A stretch of 64,000 nt of DNA from Oopsacas minuta (Eukaryota > Animalia > Porifera), in contig JAKMXF010000077.1 in assembly GCA_024704765.1 (NCBI GenBank), positions 573,220-637,219 of the forward strand, in the 5' to 3' direction. Every line of letters starts with the position of its first letter. The first letter of the stretch is position 1. A program made the translations under genes and the position numbers. This document shows, piece after piece, positions 1 through 15,995 of this stretch. The notes under the pieces were generated by a model. The model was not told the DNA's origin, did not search any database, and worked only from the letters and a program-made list of their open reading frames with translations.

Positions 1-599
1 TGAACAAACAAATGAAAGTCTTTTATGCACAACTTGAGGTAATAGAATAGCAGAATATTACAGAATACACCATCAGAGATCATTCGATAAACAAAGTAAT
101 TGAATGTTGATTGTAATGAAAAGTAAAAATTAATAGATTGGATAATCTTTTCATTTCTACCGACTAAAATTTGAACTACTTACAATAATAGAGAAATATC
201 TATGTTTGGATAATAAAGTACTTAGAAGTGAAACAGTTTACAATATAATTATCTTGAACTTCCTGAAGAAAAATATTTCTCCATAAAGTTTGAATAGTTG
301 TAGTAATAAACAATAAATTGGGGGTAAATAAATCTAGAGTAGCATATAGTATGTAAATAAGGACAATATGGCCATATCACATGTAATACAGCAGTATTAA
401 AATCATTAAGCCATCCTGAAAGGTTACTTAGAGTTCGTACCTAAGTTCGAACTTAGATAGTGAGTATCAAATTTGTTGAATACAAATTAAGGTCGAACTT
501 AACTTCTTCGTAATTTCTGCATTTGAATCGCGACAGGTTGAGGCAACTCTATTAGTGAACCATTGATATACAACTAACTGTTGGGTATATAATTATATG

Positions 600-2600
600 C
601 TACGCTTTGGGGAAAACCTTTTTGAAGTCCGTATTATGAATATTCTTAGATAGTACTACAGAAGGTGAAAATTGAAATAACTTCTATGATATATTTCCAT
701 TCACATAATTATACTTATCTTCGTATTAGCTTGAGATTCCCCGTCGTTTAAGTCGTCACGTGGGCATATTTTGCAAATTTTTCCCATAGCAAGACAAGAA
801 GGTCGCAAGAATATGTCAAAATTCCATTCTCAAAACATATTCAAATTCTATCGAGTTACCCCCGAATGAAAATGTGTCATTACCACATATTGAGAAATAT
901 GCACGATAGAGTTTAAGAAAATACAAGCAAATATTGGAATATGGTATCAAAGTATGTATATCAATTGCTTAAATATGATATCTCAACATGCGGTCTCGCA
1001 AAACGATTTTTAGAGTGTAAAATTCTGCAATTGAAGCTTTGTATAAACCATGTTTTCAGTGTGTATAATTCTTGGCAGTTGCATATAAAGGCAGAAGCGA
1101 ATATAGCCAATTTCAAAAGATGGTAGTTTAAATGGAATGTGAATACACTAACTGAAGAAGTATCATACGATTATATTGGCATCTCGTTCTGCTTCCATTA
1201 CGCCATAATAACAGCTTTGCATATAGGAGGCTTCTAAACAAGAATAGTACTGGCCTATTGGGGCATTCCCACAGGGTAACTTAATATCTAAAGTCCATTG
1301 TAGCAAACCCTAAATCTTATTCAATTGATTCTAGCAAAAGAATATAATTCATAGTTATTAATGCACGTCGCTAGTTTCTAATACTCAGGCAAGATATGGG
1401 AACTATAGAAGTGTTTCTTCAAGCCAGTACGGGAGTAAATTGATTTTTCTGAAAAAATGAAATTTGATTCTCTTAGAGCTTCATATCACGTCTAACTCCC
1501 ATTAAGAACACTATAGCCCCCAAACATGGAGTTGATGATAATCTTGATAGGAAATATGGCCACTTCGGGGTTTGTACTATAGGAGTATAAGAAAATCAAA
1601 GATATGGGTTGAACTACCCTGGGAACTTGACCAATCATACTCAAACTGATTGGCTAAATGGGTCCAAATACATCTTGTAACAGGGTGCGAAAGATATAAA
1701 TCAATTTGCCAAATTTGGAACCCTATTATAGAAGTGTCTCATTTCAATTTATCCTCAGACTATTTCATTCTACAAATATTATGGATTGTGCAACTATAGG
1801 CGTATTGAATTGAACTAGGTAGAAGTGAATACTTAATATTATTTATTAGTTAAGTTCAAAACTATCGGGAAAATCAATCAAAGGAAAGCGGAATATCAGA
1901 AGGTTCCTTTGGATGCAGTGGAAGTTTGGAGATGAGATTCTTCGAAGTAAGGCGAGGATTTTATGGTTGCATTGCCAAATCCACTGTATACTTTTAGATT
2001 TATAATTTGGAAGATGGTCGGGATTACAGACTGCGAATACATGGGACGTCCTATAAATATCCATGAGACACCAGGATATATTAAATTTCACTGCAATTAA
2101 TACACATAGACATCATTTTTTCAGGGAGTTAGAGGTGACCACGGGATAATCTCAAAGCATAGATCAATTCTCGTAGATAATTGAAAATGAGAAGTGTTCG
2201 CGTAAGTGGGTACCGAAATATGTGGTTGATGATAATTAGCGTCAACGGCCACGGTTGTAGTCAATTGCTGAAATAATGAATGAAGCAGTGATACTTCAAT
2301 CACATTGACACCGCGTATAAATCCTGATTTCATTATTATAACAATAAAATTTAAATAGTCATTGGTAGAGACAATATGAGCCAACCCCGACCAAGTCCAT
2401 GATGAAAATGCCCAATGGAACGAGACATCCAGTGTTCCGGGATAGATATAGCATGTCAACATATTGGCCCTATGAGTAGACAACCTTCAATAGCGATAAA
2501 TACAATCGAATTGAAAGAACTGTGGTGTGGAATAGTCAGGAGAAATTGTTCTCCTCCATATGACAATGCTGGGCTGCGTCAGGCCCTAACCATCGAAACC
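600..2600 (-). pseudogene. Heavily decayed family-B DNA polymerase-like sequence (possible Polinton/Maverick pPolB fossil); boundaries approximate
   Basis: Minus strand 1545-1513 reads KIIINSMFGGY, resembling PolB motif B (KxxxNSxYG). Upstream in plausible order are FIRGVNVI (~2310, RGG-like) and NLIYP (~2080, motif A-like). Downstream is TTGNLK (~745, weakly like RTPGLFK). There are many stops and frameshifts, and no clean DTDS motif was found. Confidence 0.35.
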
Positions 2601-5600
2601 AGTAGCTTTTTATGATTCAAATGAATTCTTGCACCCAGTCTATAGCCAGATCTGGCTCCAAGTGACAAAAGGTATTGTTAAGTATGAAAGGAAATCTTGT
2701 GAAAAAGATTGAATGAGTTTGTTACAACGTTTTAGAAGGGAATGGGTAAAGGTTACCCCATAGGAGCCATAGGCCACAGGCATCGACATGGAAATGATGC
2801 ATAAACCTCGAAGGTAGGGCTTCCAACAAGGGAAGTAGTGGTCCAGGGCCCGCTTCTTGGGCCAGAACGAGCCTTTTTGTCCAGGGCTACGATCTCAAAA
2901 ACTGATAAAATATCAGCGCGGGCGGTTCGGGCTAAGTTATATAGTGAAAACAAGTGTTTCTGAAGTATATGTAATCATACATGCAGGCATATTAATTGTC
3001 ATAATATTGAAAGTGTATGTTGTGTCCCGAAAAAGGTGCAATTGATATTATCCAGTTCGAACACTCTGTTCTGAAGATGTTTCCGCATCACGTTCACGTT
3101 ATCTGATTAAATAAGAAAATGAAAAACATGAGACCAAATAAATTAAAGTATTTGTTTCTTATCCCCGCTCGTCCTATATTGTATCCCCAGGCTGGAAAAA
3201 ATATATTTGCATATTGTCCAGAATTAAGGAGAATCCATGAATCAAAGATAGTGCAATGCACATTCGACTACTTGTATAGTTAAAATATTCAATATTGTTA
3301 AGTCCATAGATAATGTCATGACATAATAGAGAGATTTGTATGGTCAAAATATTTTAAATACAAAGTTATCTATAAAAATATAGAAAAAATACAGTCCGCT
3401 GTTACAGTTTCCGAGGAAAGTCCGGATGAGAAACAAGTAAGTTAGTTTGCAGTGCCTGATACATTGTGTTGAAACTCAATTAAGAATAAATTAATTGATT
3501 AGCTCCTATAAATTCTATTCCATGAGATAACTTTCGTCATATAAATGCATAATTTGTCAAGAAGAGGCTTTACGCTGCTACAGTAAGGATATTGTTATCA
3601 TTGATAATCTCAATTACATCTAAGCCATCTGTGGTGCGACTGGAGCTATAACGTGGCCTTTGGTTAGGAATCTCAGAACCTCGTGAAAAGAGAAAGAATT
3701 TTGGGATGACTGAGCATTCGATCAAACGAGAGAGCGTAGCGTGTGAGAGAAAATTCAGCCGCATTTGCATATCGCACATTCATAAATATCCACTTTCCAG
3801 GCCTAAAATTGCATTGATTCCAGGTATATGATAATATGATCTGGTCTGGAAGAATTCCTGGTGGTCTATTGACCCAAACAAGACACTGTGCAGCGTCACC
3901 CTTGTAAATTACCAAAAATTAATAATAACCTGATTTCTAACCAAAATCTTCAGGGAATTAGCCATATATCTCATAAGTACATTATCCTCAATTTGTTATG
4001 TATTTTATCAACGCTACCTATCGGACCACCATGAAAGACGCAAGTAATTAGTATGAATATCTGTAAAGAGATATAGTGCCTTAAAATACCATGGATTTAT
4101 AAATATTAGTCCAAGCAGGCTATTCAAATGCGCATAATTATTTGTCAAAAATAAATTGGAGGTCTCAATAATTCGCATGATTATGAACCTGAAGGCTCCA
4201 AATATATCAATAGCATGGAGAGAGAATTTTATAGAAATTTATGGCGAAATTGATAATAAGAATAAAACACAAACTCATCACTTACGACATATTTCAGACA
4301 ATTAATCATAAATTCCAATTTCCTCTACAATGTTACTTAGATACTGAATTATAGAAAATGTCATACTTAGCAGTGGTGCTAGTTTGAAAGATGAATAGAA
4401 TATCTAATTTCTTTGCCAGAAAGATCAAACTCATTCGGCAGAATATTTAGATTCTTAGATAGAAAATCTTTACCAAAATCATTTTGTATATAAGAGAACT
4501 CTAAGGTTAATTGTAAAAGTAATTGAAGTAAGCAAATGTAATAATAGCAAATCTTGTGGTAATTATATTATAAAAACTCTATCTGTCATAATATGAACTG
4601 CAATTTATTATTCAACTTCAAGGTCCAAGTATAATAACTCAGGATTATGAATCTCGAAATAATACACCGTTTTGTGAAGACGACATTCTAAGGTACAATA
4701 TGCAATTTATGAAATTCAATCGGATGTTTATAACGAAATATAATAATGCAAAATAGTCTTACCACTTGCTAAAGTTCCATAAGGCACAAGTCGCCAAGAA
4801 ATGTTACTTTCGTGAATCAAAGGGCAGCCGCTGTAAAGTGACGATAAATAGGTTTAAGTACAAGATACACCAAAATCACCTTCCTAGACCTCATATAGAC
4901 TAAAGGTACCTCTCGTAAATGAACATACATCCGTTAGCAATTGGAGGTGGTAAATTTTACGTCTAACACAAATGACAAACTTGAAATGAGAAATTAGGAA
5001 TTGGAACGCGGTGGACAAATCCTGAAGGTATTATACGTAATCTTCATAACCCTGGTATCATATAATTGCATATTAAATTGCAACCATCTGCCAATTCGCG
5101 GTTGCATCTCTCATGGGAAAACCTTCCCGCCTTTCATTTTATCATCCTCTGACAACCAGATCTGTAGTCAGATTAGAATTTCTAGCAATTCGCTGGGTCA
5201 CTTCCATAATTGGAAATATATTTGTGTACAACGCAGGAATGCGGCAAGAATGTAACAAAATTCAAATAGTTCCTAACCCCTTTCGACTGAACACTCGTTC
5301 GACGCTGCTAAGCTAGTTGAATCTAGCTATACACGTATTGACCTTTTAAATGACCTTTAAAGACGATGAAATAAACATCTGCGGTACCAAAATGTTATAG
5401 ATATTTCTTACATGATGAATCAAAATACTAGATGTTTTCGTATGTTTTGTAAATATTTTTTGCTATTAATCGATTTATTTACCGTATTGCGTTGATCTCT
5501 GGAACTAGCCCAAATATTTATGCTGAAATATCGATAAAATTGCAAGCAATTTATGATTAATCCTAAAAGATAACAGTTTGCATGGGTTAACAAGATACTC

Positions 5601-8600
5601 CATTGCTTGAGAAGTCGAGTGATTGCCCCGAATGGATATAATATGCGATAGCTTGAGAAAATAATAGGACTTACCAATGGAAAGAATATTGTTAATCACC
5701 ATGTAAGCTAGTTAACCTTCAAAATAAATCGTAAGAAGTAGGTGGAACCTGCATAAACTGACATGTGTATCAAGTCCAGGCATTAGAATACAGCCATATC
5801 CAAAGTTTCCACACAAGTAATTCTATATTGAGCCCATCCTTGATGGTCAATACAATACAAAAAATTATTCAGAGGATATCAAGCATCAAATTTGTAATAG
5901 ACTTTCCGGAGAAATATTTATTTAAGATTCTTGGAAATTCTCACTAACGAGTTAGAAAATTTGCAAACCTGTGTCAATTAGTGAAACCTATCACTATATG
6001 CATAATGGTTGTAAATGGCATATATTGGAACTATATGTCACGAAGTGGAAATACTCAGTATTAGTAGTTAGTAGCTAATAGTAATCTGTATACTGAAGTC
6101 CTTAAACACCAAAATGAAATTTAACAGGAAATATACCAAAACTTACAGTATTAATGTATTGGCTCATCAAGTAAAGACATTAGTGGCAGATATTTGTAGG
6201 GAAATGTTAGCAGTGGCTGAATGCTTAAGTTCAGGCAGTGTATTATCCGGAGACCTCTATTACCGACAGCATTTCAGATATGGAATTCGCTCGAACAATA
6301 CACTTCACTTACATTTCTGGTTGATGCAGATCCAACTATAAAATCGACTATTCCAAAATACAATTTCTGGAAAGTTGGCATAAATATCTGGAATAAATGC
6401 ACAGATTAACTCTATATGGTAATTAATCAATTAATAGTTAAGAAATATTTCCAAAACAGAACACAATAACTTGTATTTAGGTTAAACATGTAAGAAATAT
6501 CAAGAGAATTGAGATACGGCCGAGTTCGATATGATAAAATGGTGTTTTAAGAACATTATGGGGTTAATAACTAAACTAGACTAGCCAACGTAGCGACATC
6601 AAACGAGGAGTCACTTCATTGAGTTAGGAAAATTTTGAGATTGAAATGCCTTTACAATCTAGACACATTCCTCGGTGACATGGAAATAAAAATCTTCGAA
6701 TATGGGAAATGACCAAGTTGCTGGAAATCTTAAGCTGAGTGGGAATCTGGTAGATATAAGTAGATTCGATGAAATTGAAAGGTTGTACGAAATAGCAGAC
6801 TGCCGTCATTATGTACAATTTGTCAAATGTATCCGTTCGATGTCGTGCGGGGTAGGATTGATGCCTGCGACTTGAAGATTACGTCAAAGAATTTGGTGCT
6901 TTTCTCTAGCGTGTCTCAATTCGACAAAAATTCGAAATTTAGCCACCTGACTTATGTATATTGTGAGATTTAGATAATTTGTTGAATATATCTAAAAACA
7001 ATAAAATTAAATATCATTACCTTAATTATTCATATACAATTCACAGGCCACAATTTGCGAAATTACATTATCACAAGAATACTGATAACATTCAATAATG
7101 CAAGATTCCTAAATTATTGGATATAAGGGTGTAACCCACTGGGTATTACAGGGTTTTTCTTATCCCGCTCCTAGCGCTCCTCCTTAAGAATATTTATGCG
7201 TCTAATTACTATATTATTGTTAAGGTATTGGGAAAGCACCTCAATTCTACACTTGCAAATATACTTTCATCAATACTCATGCGCCTAGAGGAGAGGCCGG
7301 AGCTCCAGATAATAACTAACTTGTGTGGCTCTAATTAGGTACAAATACCACCCCACTCTTAGATGATATGGCGTTTGCTCCATTTAACCCCATGCTAGCG
7401 TCACCACTGGTTTTGAACAAAACGTTTTAATCGAATCAGAAATATTTATGGTTGAGGCTTACAAATTCAACTCTTGTAATGGTATTAGTGCTTTCGAAGG
7501 AGTGACCAAATTATAGACGATATCAATAGGAATCGTGCTGAATTCAGAGGTTAATAGGTGAACTGATCTAATCATAATAAACTAGTTTTGGTATTATTTG
7601 TTATACAACAAATTGTATTGATCTCAAGATCCTAAAATCAATTGGTGAATGAACTCTATAATAATTAAATAATACATTCTACATTATTGATTATAATCCA
7701 TTAAGTTGGAGTGTTTGTGTTGTACACAAACCTATGAACATAAAGATTTCTCATTAAATACAGTATAATCTTTTCGAAATGGGTAATTACATGAACTCAT
7801 TCAAAATCTCAAGACCATATCTAGAATACCTCACAAAAACAGATCTGGTATATTATGAGCTTGTAGAAGTAGTAGGAAGACCAAAGTCAGTGCCATAACA
7901 TTAAATGTGGACTTATTCGCTCTAAATTCGAATAGAAGTCCGATGGGATATATAACTAATTGATTTTAAGATATATAGTTAGCAATAACAACAATTGAAG
8001 GGAAACACTAATATATGTACATTGTGTTTCCAAACCAACGACTCAATAATCCAGCACATTTGCGTTTAAGTGACACAAGCCAATATTTCGTTTGGCCGGA
8101 GCATTGGGAGCGTGATACAACTGAATTACTCTACGTGTAATAGCTGCACATAACATATACTCAGTAGAAGAACTGGGATATTTTGAAAATCAGATTCAGA
8201 ATCCAGGTAATAACATTGGGAAGATAAGAAAATAAATCAAGGAAATGAATAAACTATTGGAGGTATGAATAAATTTTAAAAGTACAATTAGAAATAGCGA
8301 AAGAGGAAAACAAAACCAGAATGTACACAAAATAAACAAAATTATATACAAACTTGAATCATCTTTCGTGGAAGTGAGTGTGTGCTCAATAGGATCATCT
8401 TGCTGACTAAGTTCAAATTTATTTTGAGAAGATTCCAAATATGATTGAATAGGAGCTTTCTCTCTAAAGATGAAAAATTACATAAAATTACAATCGTAAA
8501 AGATAATAATGTAAATTAGTGTCAACAATCCAAAAACATCAAAACGAATATCACTTGTCATGTAAGGCAGGCGAAAAACCTTAAAGTAGAAATCGTATAA

Positions 8601-11600
8601 ACCACATTCAAATTTTGAAATTTTGAATTTCTTAGACTGCGAATTCAACATCAAACGATTGGCTCAAACTCAATGCTTGACAAAGAAGCCTACAAAGCTA
8701 AAAATAGAAGGTAACACCAATACGAAAAAATACGCTTGTTTCACCTCAAGGTGAATCAATTGCATTAGAATATCAGAAATAATTTGAAAAAGAGAAACGA
8801 ATTTCATCAGAGAGGAGGCAATTGTCTCGAGTAGGTCAAGCAATTGCATCAAAATTAAACAAACTGAAGGTACGATTATCTGCAAGTTTGAAGGTCCACT
8901 GTATCCTAGGGTGGTTGTTATTGCGATAATGAAAAAACTTTGAATATCTAGGACCTCATGTGACCATTACAAAAAGAAATATTCCACAAACATATACCAA
9001 ACTGTTAGCGCAAGATTTCTACTTCAATTAGCGATACCATTTATGAAACTGAGATATAAATATGAATACGTGGAGAGACATCCAGAACCAGTTACGATGC
9101 CATCACACAGCTATTCATGACACACAGGTGGGTCACACCATAATCCTAATGGAGCACAGGTCTTTTGACATAACATAATTTAGTAATGAGCATAGTTTTC
9201 ATTTTGGAAAATATAATTGATTCCTGCTATAACGAAGCCATATGGGACCTCGATTTTACTCCGATATAAACGGAGGTTTGTTAGAACAATATAATTAGTT
9301 TTATCAGACTTGATTGCCCTAACTCAGGTGGAGCATAATCAATGTTTATTTCAAACTTGTGCCCTCTCTCTGGTAGGGCACAATAACAATGTGCGCATTA
9401 GCTTGAAACCAACCAGTGGTGTGGCACCTCAAATTCAAATGAAGCAGTTGCTCCAACTGGCAACAATCATACAAAACAAAACACCTATGTACAGCATTTT
9501 GTTAAAATGAGAAATTCAGCAGATGTATTAACTGGGCCGGAAAGTTCGAACTTAGGTAGTATTTACAAAAATATAGGTTCGGGTCAATTAATCAATGTGA
9601 AATAATCTCTATGTCACCGGCTTCTATGGAATCTTCTATATTTCATTTATATAGGAATCAAGATTTCCAATATAGTAGGTACCAGGGTTGGGTCCAAAAC
9701 CAAAAATCTGTATTCGAGTAATTTAAATAAAGTTGGTTGTATTTTAGACGTATTTAAATAAATCTTAAAATACACAGGAAAGTATCTGTATTGTAATTAA
9801 ATAGATCCTGAAAGAATTTGTATTTAGTTCCAATACATTCAAACATTCAAATACATACATATAACTACGTGAATGTCGTTCTATTCACAATGACAAATCT
9901 GTTTGTTAGGGGTAAATTGATTTGTTGCTTGCATAGTAGCAGTGTCTCTTTAGTTATAAATTTTCAGAAATAGGTACAACTTGATTAATTTGTAGTAAAA
10001 TAGATCTGGCTTAAGTCTTACACTCGGTTAGATGTACTTTGCTCAAAAACGGATCGTCAAATTTATACAAATTTTCCCGAGGGACTAAGTCTTATTCAGT
10101 TCTACTGAATTAAGGCATATTTTAACTCATCCATTAATTCACGGTGAATATCTAACTACAACACATTTTTAGTAGAAGTATTAAAATGTATTTAAATACA
10201 CTTTGAAGTATATATAAAGTATTTATAATATAATAAAACACTGTTGAGTGTAATTGGCCCAACTCCTAGAAGGTAGACACAACCTACGTAATAATAGCCT
10301 CTTCACTGACCACATTTTTCCTGTTACATGGTTTCCCTCAAGCCTAATGAATTTGGTAGGGAATTAAAATATTCTCGAAATATCAAATTTGGTACAATTT
10401 GGCTAGAATAAATATATTATTGATAGATAATAATCAAAACAAGTTATTCGATTTAACTATTTGCAGTCGAAATGACGTCATCCGTTTTTCCAAAAGTGCA
10501 ATGGGTAAAGATCTCCTCATTTTGAAAGCTCTGATAAACGATCACTAGTGCGTCTTTGATTTCAGGAATAATATCAAGCGATCTGAGGATGATTATACAT
10601 AAAGTATGCATTTTATAAATTTTTCAGTGGTTACATTATTGAGTTATATCAGATATCATGGATGATACATTCTTTGGCCATTATCCACTTATAATTCGAT
10701 TGTCGCGGGGGTTTTAGTCAATTGCACATAAAATAGATACGTACTGATATTTTCAATTTTAGTAGCAAACTCAATTGATTGTATTAAAGAATAATCACAC
10801 CAGTTAAACAGTTAACCACTATTCGGTTACCAAACACAACCCTGCTAATAGGAATATGTTAAAGGTTTGAATAGTGGCTAATAGACTAACTTGAATAAAA
10901 AGAATCTTCAAGGGGAACACTTTTAGAAAATTAGATGAGTGCCAATTGCTCAATTTATCTATTTAGTCAATGAATTCGCCTCCCGAACTCCGAATATCAA
11001 AAAGGAAATAAAGCAATGCGGTAGATTTAAACATTGAATGGCCAGATTTAGTTTAATTTTAAATCATATCGAGATTGAAAGGAAACGTCTTTATTCGGGG
11101 AATCCAACACTGTGAGCCAAAGTAGCTCACTTTCACGGTAGTAGAAATTTATGGATATATTAACCATCAAAACTTATAATGATTTAGTAAGTTTTAACTG
11201 GAGCTGCTATCTAGCTTTGGGTCATTCACCTCGTAGTTGATTCCTCCGAGTATCAAGGAATTCTGATTATACACAAATATTAGAAAATATTCCAATCTGT
11301 GATGTAATGATGACGTAATGATTCCATCTGAAGATTGAAAAGGGCAAAATATACTGAAGACAGGAAATGAAACATATTGAGGGGTACCTGTGATTCAGAT
11401 TTCAATGATCTAACATGTACATTGGCAAAGCAATGGCTAATAATGCGATTTTGGATAACAAAAACTGTAAAATACGACAAAATTTCGTCATAGGTTTGAA
11501 TTTTGGTCGAAGAAGTTTCCGAGTCAAGCAAAAATACACAACATAAGCCAAATCAGGCGCTGAAATTATCCCAGTTTCTTCAATCAATCCATAAACATGC

Positions 11601-13699
11601 AATTATATATCTACTATACATTTACATTCATCCAGAAATAATATTAGGACAAATTTACAGAAACCTTCAGCATATTTGTCAAGATGGTAAAACTTCGAAA
11701 ATATTTTAAAGTACCTAAAATACCCCTATATTAAATTCCATAATAGTGTAAATTATTTGGGCATACTTGGTCTATCCACTGTATTAGTATTGATAATTCA
11801 ATATAATACAAATGTTAATGTCCATCTGTCCGGACAATGAGGGAATATTTAAAAATTGATAACTTTCTCAAATGAAGTATTTTCATTGTTAATTCGTTTG
11901 CAATGCAAGAATGCCTAAGGAAGGCTGCAACATTACATTCTAAAAGGGTGTCCTAACCTCATTGAGGACCTCACGTTCGAAGGCACTAAGCTAGGTGAGG
12001 CTAGTTACTAGTAACATTATCAATTATTGAACTTCGATAGCATACTTAAACACTGTTTGCCTGATCGATCTCCGCTTCTTCAATTTTCTCGATATCTGTG
12101 ACAATTTTACATCAATACAGGATGTTCTCTTCTGTTTTGAAATAATACGGTATGAATTGATTATTTTAACATATGGAGTAGATCTCAGTAAATGGCCCAA
12201 ATATCATGAGACAATGCCAAGAACAATAGTTACCTTCAATTGTCTAGATTAGATATATCTTATGATGAATCCTGAAAAGTCGTTTGCATGGAGATATACG
12301 ATAATTGACTATACAAAAAGAAAATGCTTGATTGCAATAAACAATCACATGTATTCAATTGGGGTAATCTAAAATAACAAAATTATAAAAATTTTGGAAT
12401 GTTGCATCCTCATCTTTTGTAAGAATTTATCAATAATATTTAAATTTTGCCAAAAAATCCAAAAATTTCATAAATCATTAACCACCTACAATATAAACAT
12501 CAATGGAAAGAGACAGAATATTTGTTTGATGGCTATTTTGCGTATATGTGATCCATTAATCATAATTAAAGGATGTAAATCTGCGAGTACAAAGGGATTA
12601 TGAGCCAAAAATTTAAAGAATAACACTATATTTTCGAATTATTTTTCATATTTCGTAAATTTACTATAAGAAATATGAAAAATAAGCGGGAGGATGTTTA
12701 CAATCGCGACGGATTTGCGATTCCAATTTGAAAAGTTGACTTTTAATGCGTGTACTGATAAATTTTGCCTAAACTTCAGTGTTTTCACGGATGGCGAAAT
12801 GTCCCTTTCGCCATCAGTAAAACTAGGAAGATATCTAAGGACAAGAGCGCCACCATGCCTATAAGTGAGGTGGCGCATTCGCTCTACAGAATAACATTTT
12901 GTGTCGCGGCCCCTGTACATTTCTGAATCTATAATAGGATAAGATAATCCTCAAGATGTATTTTAAGTTGCTAAACATTACACACACAAGCCATAAGCCT
13001 AGTGAATATTAAGTTCACGATTGGAACAACGGGTCTTGAATTGTTCTGAACTTTGGTTTACCACATGCCAGAGGCCCTCTAGAGTAATACACACATAATT
13101 TTGTTCGGAACTGTAATATAACTGTCGTGCATTGATGGAACTTGTTAGACCAGATTTGTTTTCCTTAAACAAACTTTAGTTTGTATGCTTCTGAAATTAA
13201 GCATATTCATAAAATTTTTCAAATACTGTACTTGGGACAAAGCTAATACTAACTAAGCGTTTAATACATCATTTAATGAAGGCATATTACGTATAATACG
13301 TAATTGAAGATAATAATACGTATATAATAGGTATTATACGTTCAATCTACAATTTTTCTAACGTAACTTATATTGGGCCGATTTTTGCAAAAGAAAATTG
13401 CATAATAACAGAAGTTCGCGAATTGTAAATGAGAAATATCAGCGTAGTTGGACGAATTATATAATACTTGATACTAATGTGATAAATACAAGTCCAAAAA
13501 TGTCAAAATCTCCTATTTCGAGATTCAATTGGCAGTGTTCGGAGAAACAACCCTTTACTAGAAAAGACCGGGACTGGTGGAAAAATTTTTTTTTCTGGTT
13601 TTTTCGGCCTTTCTTTGCTGACTAGGTAAAAATTTAGGTTACGTATAATTATTATGTTTCAGTGAAATGCTCAATACGATTTCAACAACAGTTTCATAT

Positions 13700-15995
13700 C
13701 ACAACTCAACAAGATTTGACATCAGAGATCACATACATTTATCTTAGCATACTTTTGAATGCTGAACTCGAATCTGCAATCAGAATTTCTCTAGTACGTC
13801 TAGTTAAGCTGAAATCCAATATCCATTTTTTCAATAGTATAGCATTACCTAGTTACCAAATTGCCATATGAGCATGCCTATTTTAATTCAATTATCTGGA
13901 ATATAAATGACTTTACTTATTTGAATTCAAGCAAATCAAATTATAAACATGCATCGTAATTGTAGAACTCATCCCGACAATTTCTGTTACGTTTGTGGTC
14001 TTTTTTGCGTAAAATCACAAAGACGACCAATCACAAATCAATTAAAGAACATATACAAATTGTACTTCGAATGTCCACTTGGTGACCAAGACAAGTCGTG
14101 GGCACCACATGTCATAAGCACTTCTTGTTCAAGTGGACTACGTGATTGGTTGAACAAAAGGAAAGTTTCAATGCCATTTGCAATACCCATGGTCTGGAGG
14201 GAACAGAAAAATCACCTTGATGATTGTTACTTTTGCCTTATCGACATTACAGGATTCTCAGCCAAGAATAAGCACGCTCTTGTTTACCCAGACTTGGATT
14301 CTGCTCGCAGGCCAATTCCACACGACATCTCATTACCATTCCCAATTCCCAAGCCACAGCAAATTATAATCGGGTCTGATATGATGGAAGATGTCCATGC
14401 AGATTCTACAGATGCTATTTATGTCCCGGAAGATGAATTACTAGAGCCACAAACATATACATAGGGAGAATTGAATGACTTGGTCAGGGATCTAGACTTA
14501 TCTAAAGACAAAGCTGAACTACTTGCATCCAGGCTCAAACAGAAAAACCTACTCGACACAGATGTCCTAGTATCCCACTATCGCAAACGAAATTTCGATC
14601 TCGCTCAATACTACACCATTGATGGTCCACTGTGCTATTGTAATGATATCGAAGGACTCTATGCAAACCCTATTACAAGAACATTCTTCCTCTGATAGGC
14701 GCCTTTTCATTGACTCATCAAAACACAGTTTGAAAGCTGTTCTGTTGCATAACGGAAATCTAAAGCCTGGCGTTCCAATTGCTCACTCCGTCTATCTCAA
14801 AGTAACCTTCGTCAATTTGCAGGAAGTTTTGGAGGCAATACAGTCTAGAACACATATATAGAATATCTGCGGTGATCTGAAGATAAGCGGGCTATTGATG
14901 GGCTTGCAACAAGGTTTTACAAAGTATTGTTGTTTCCTATGTCTATGGGACAGCCGAGCAACTGGTGAACATTATAAAAAATATGATTGGCCGAAGAGAA
15001 CCTATGAAGTGGGGAAAACCAATTTACAGCATTCGCCATCGGTAGATCCAAACAAAGTTTTCTTACGCCCACTTCATATTAAACTTGGATTAATGAAAAC
15101 ATTCGTTAAAACAATGGGCAAAACAAATTCTGCGGGATTTCTGCATTTGGTGGCAAATTTCCGAAACTAACAGAGGCAAAGTTAAAAGAGGGAGTATTTG
15201 TAGGACCACAAATTAGACAAGTATTCCGAGATCCACATTTCGAGAAGACATTGTCCGAATTAGAAGTGACTGCTTGGAATTCTTTCAAAAGGGTTTATGA
15301 AAGCTTTTTAGGCAACAAGAAGTCGTCCAACTACACAGAAGGAGTGGAAACCTTGCTTAACGCATACGAGAAGATGGGCTGTCGCATGTCGCTAAAACTT
15401 CACTTCTTGCACTCTCACCTTGATTATTTCCCTGAGAACCTTGGTGCTGTAAGTGATGAACAGGCTGAGAGATTCCACCAAGACATACAAGAGATGGAAA
15501 CCCGATACCAAGGTTTCTGGAATGAGGGCATGATGTCAGATTACAGTTGGAGGCTCTTCAGAGATAATCCCAACAAGATATATAAAAGGAAGTCGTACTC
15601 TCAACACTTTTAATTTAGTTAGCTACCTTTATACTTCTAGATGGATATGTATTTCCCCTTACTTTGTGAGTAGTTGATACATGCATGAATGTGAATAATT
15701 ATATGTAAGAGCTAGGGTAATAACTGATATTATCTTGGCATTAATCTAAAACATCGAAACGTTGATTTATTTCAGATGGCTATCATGTAAGAAGACAAAA
15801 AGACAGCCACTACCATAAAATAACAGGATAAATTTCGGAAATACATAAAAATCGTTGACTTGTAGATGGAAAAAAAAAAAACTGGACGTGCTGGAAAGAA
15901 TCTGAAAGCAGATTTGAATTCAGCGCAAAAACTAGCTTAGAAAATGTCAATCTAATACTTGATGAGAAAATGAAGTCAAATTTTGTTGACCTGTG
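13700..15995 (+). mobile_element. Chapaev3-type DNA transposon (CMC superfamily), full length, defective
   Basis: Left end CACAACTCAACAAGATTTGAC (13700) matches the reverse complement of the right end, CACAGGTCAACAAAATTTGAC (ends 15995). Both ends are flanked by the 3-bp duplication TAT (13697-99, 15996-98). Length is 2296 bp, with an internal transposase. Confidence 0.85.
13949..15613 (+). pseudogene. Chapaev3-type transposase with stops and frameshifts
   Basis: Consecutive ORF pieces give CYVCG..GDQDKSWAPH..PMVWREQKNHLDDCYFC, RLFIDSSKHSLKAVLLHNGN, GFTKYCCFLCLWDSRA, LHIKLGLMK, HFLHSHLDYFPENLGAVSDEQAERFHQDI..RYQGFW. These match the Chapaev3 transposase motifs as recalled. Confidence 0.85.
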
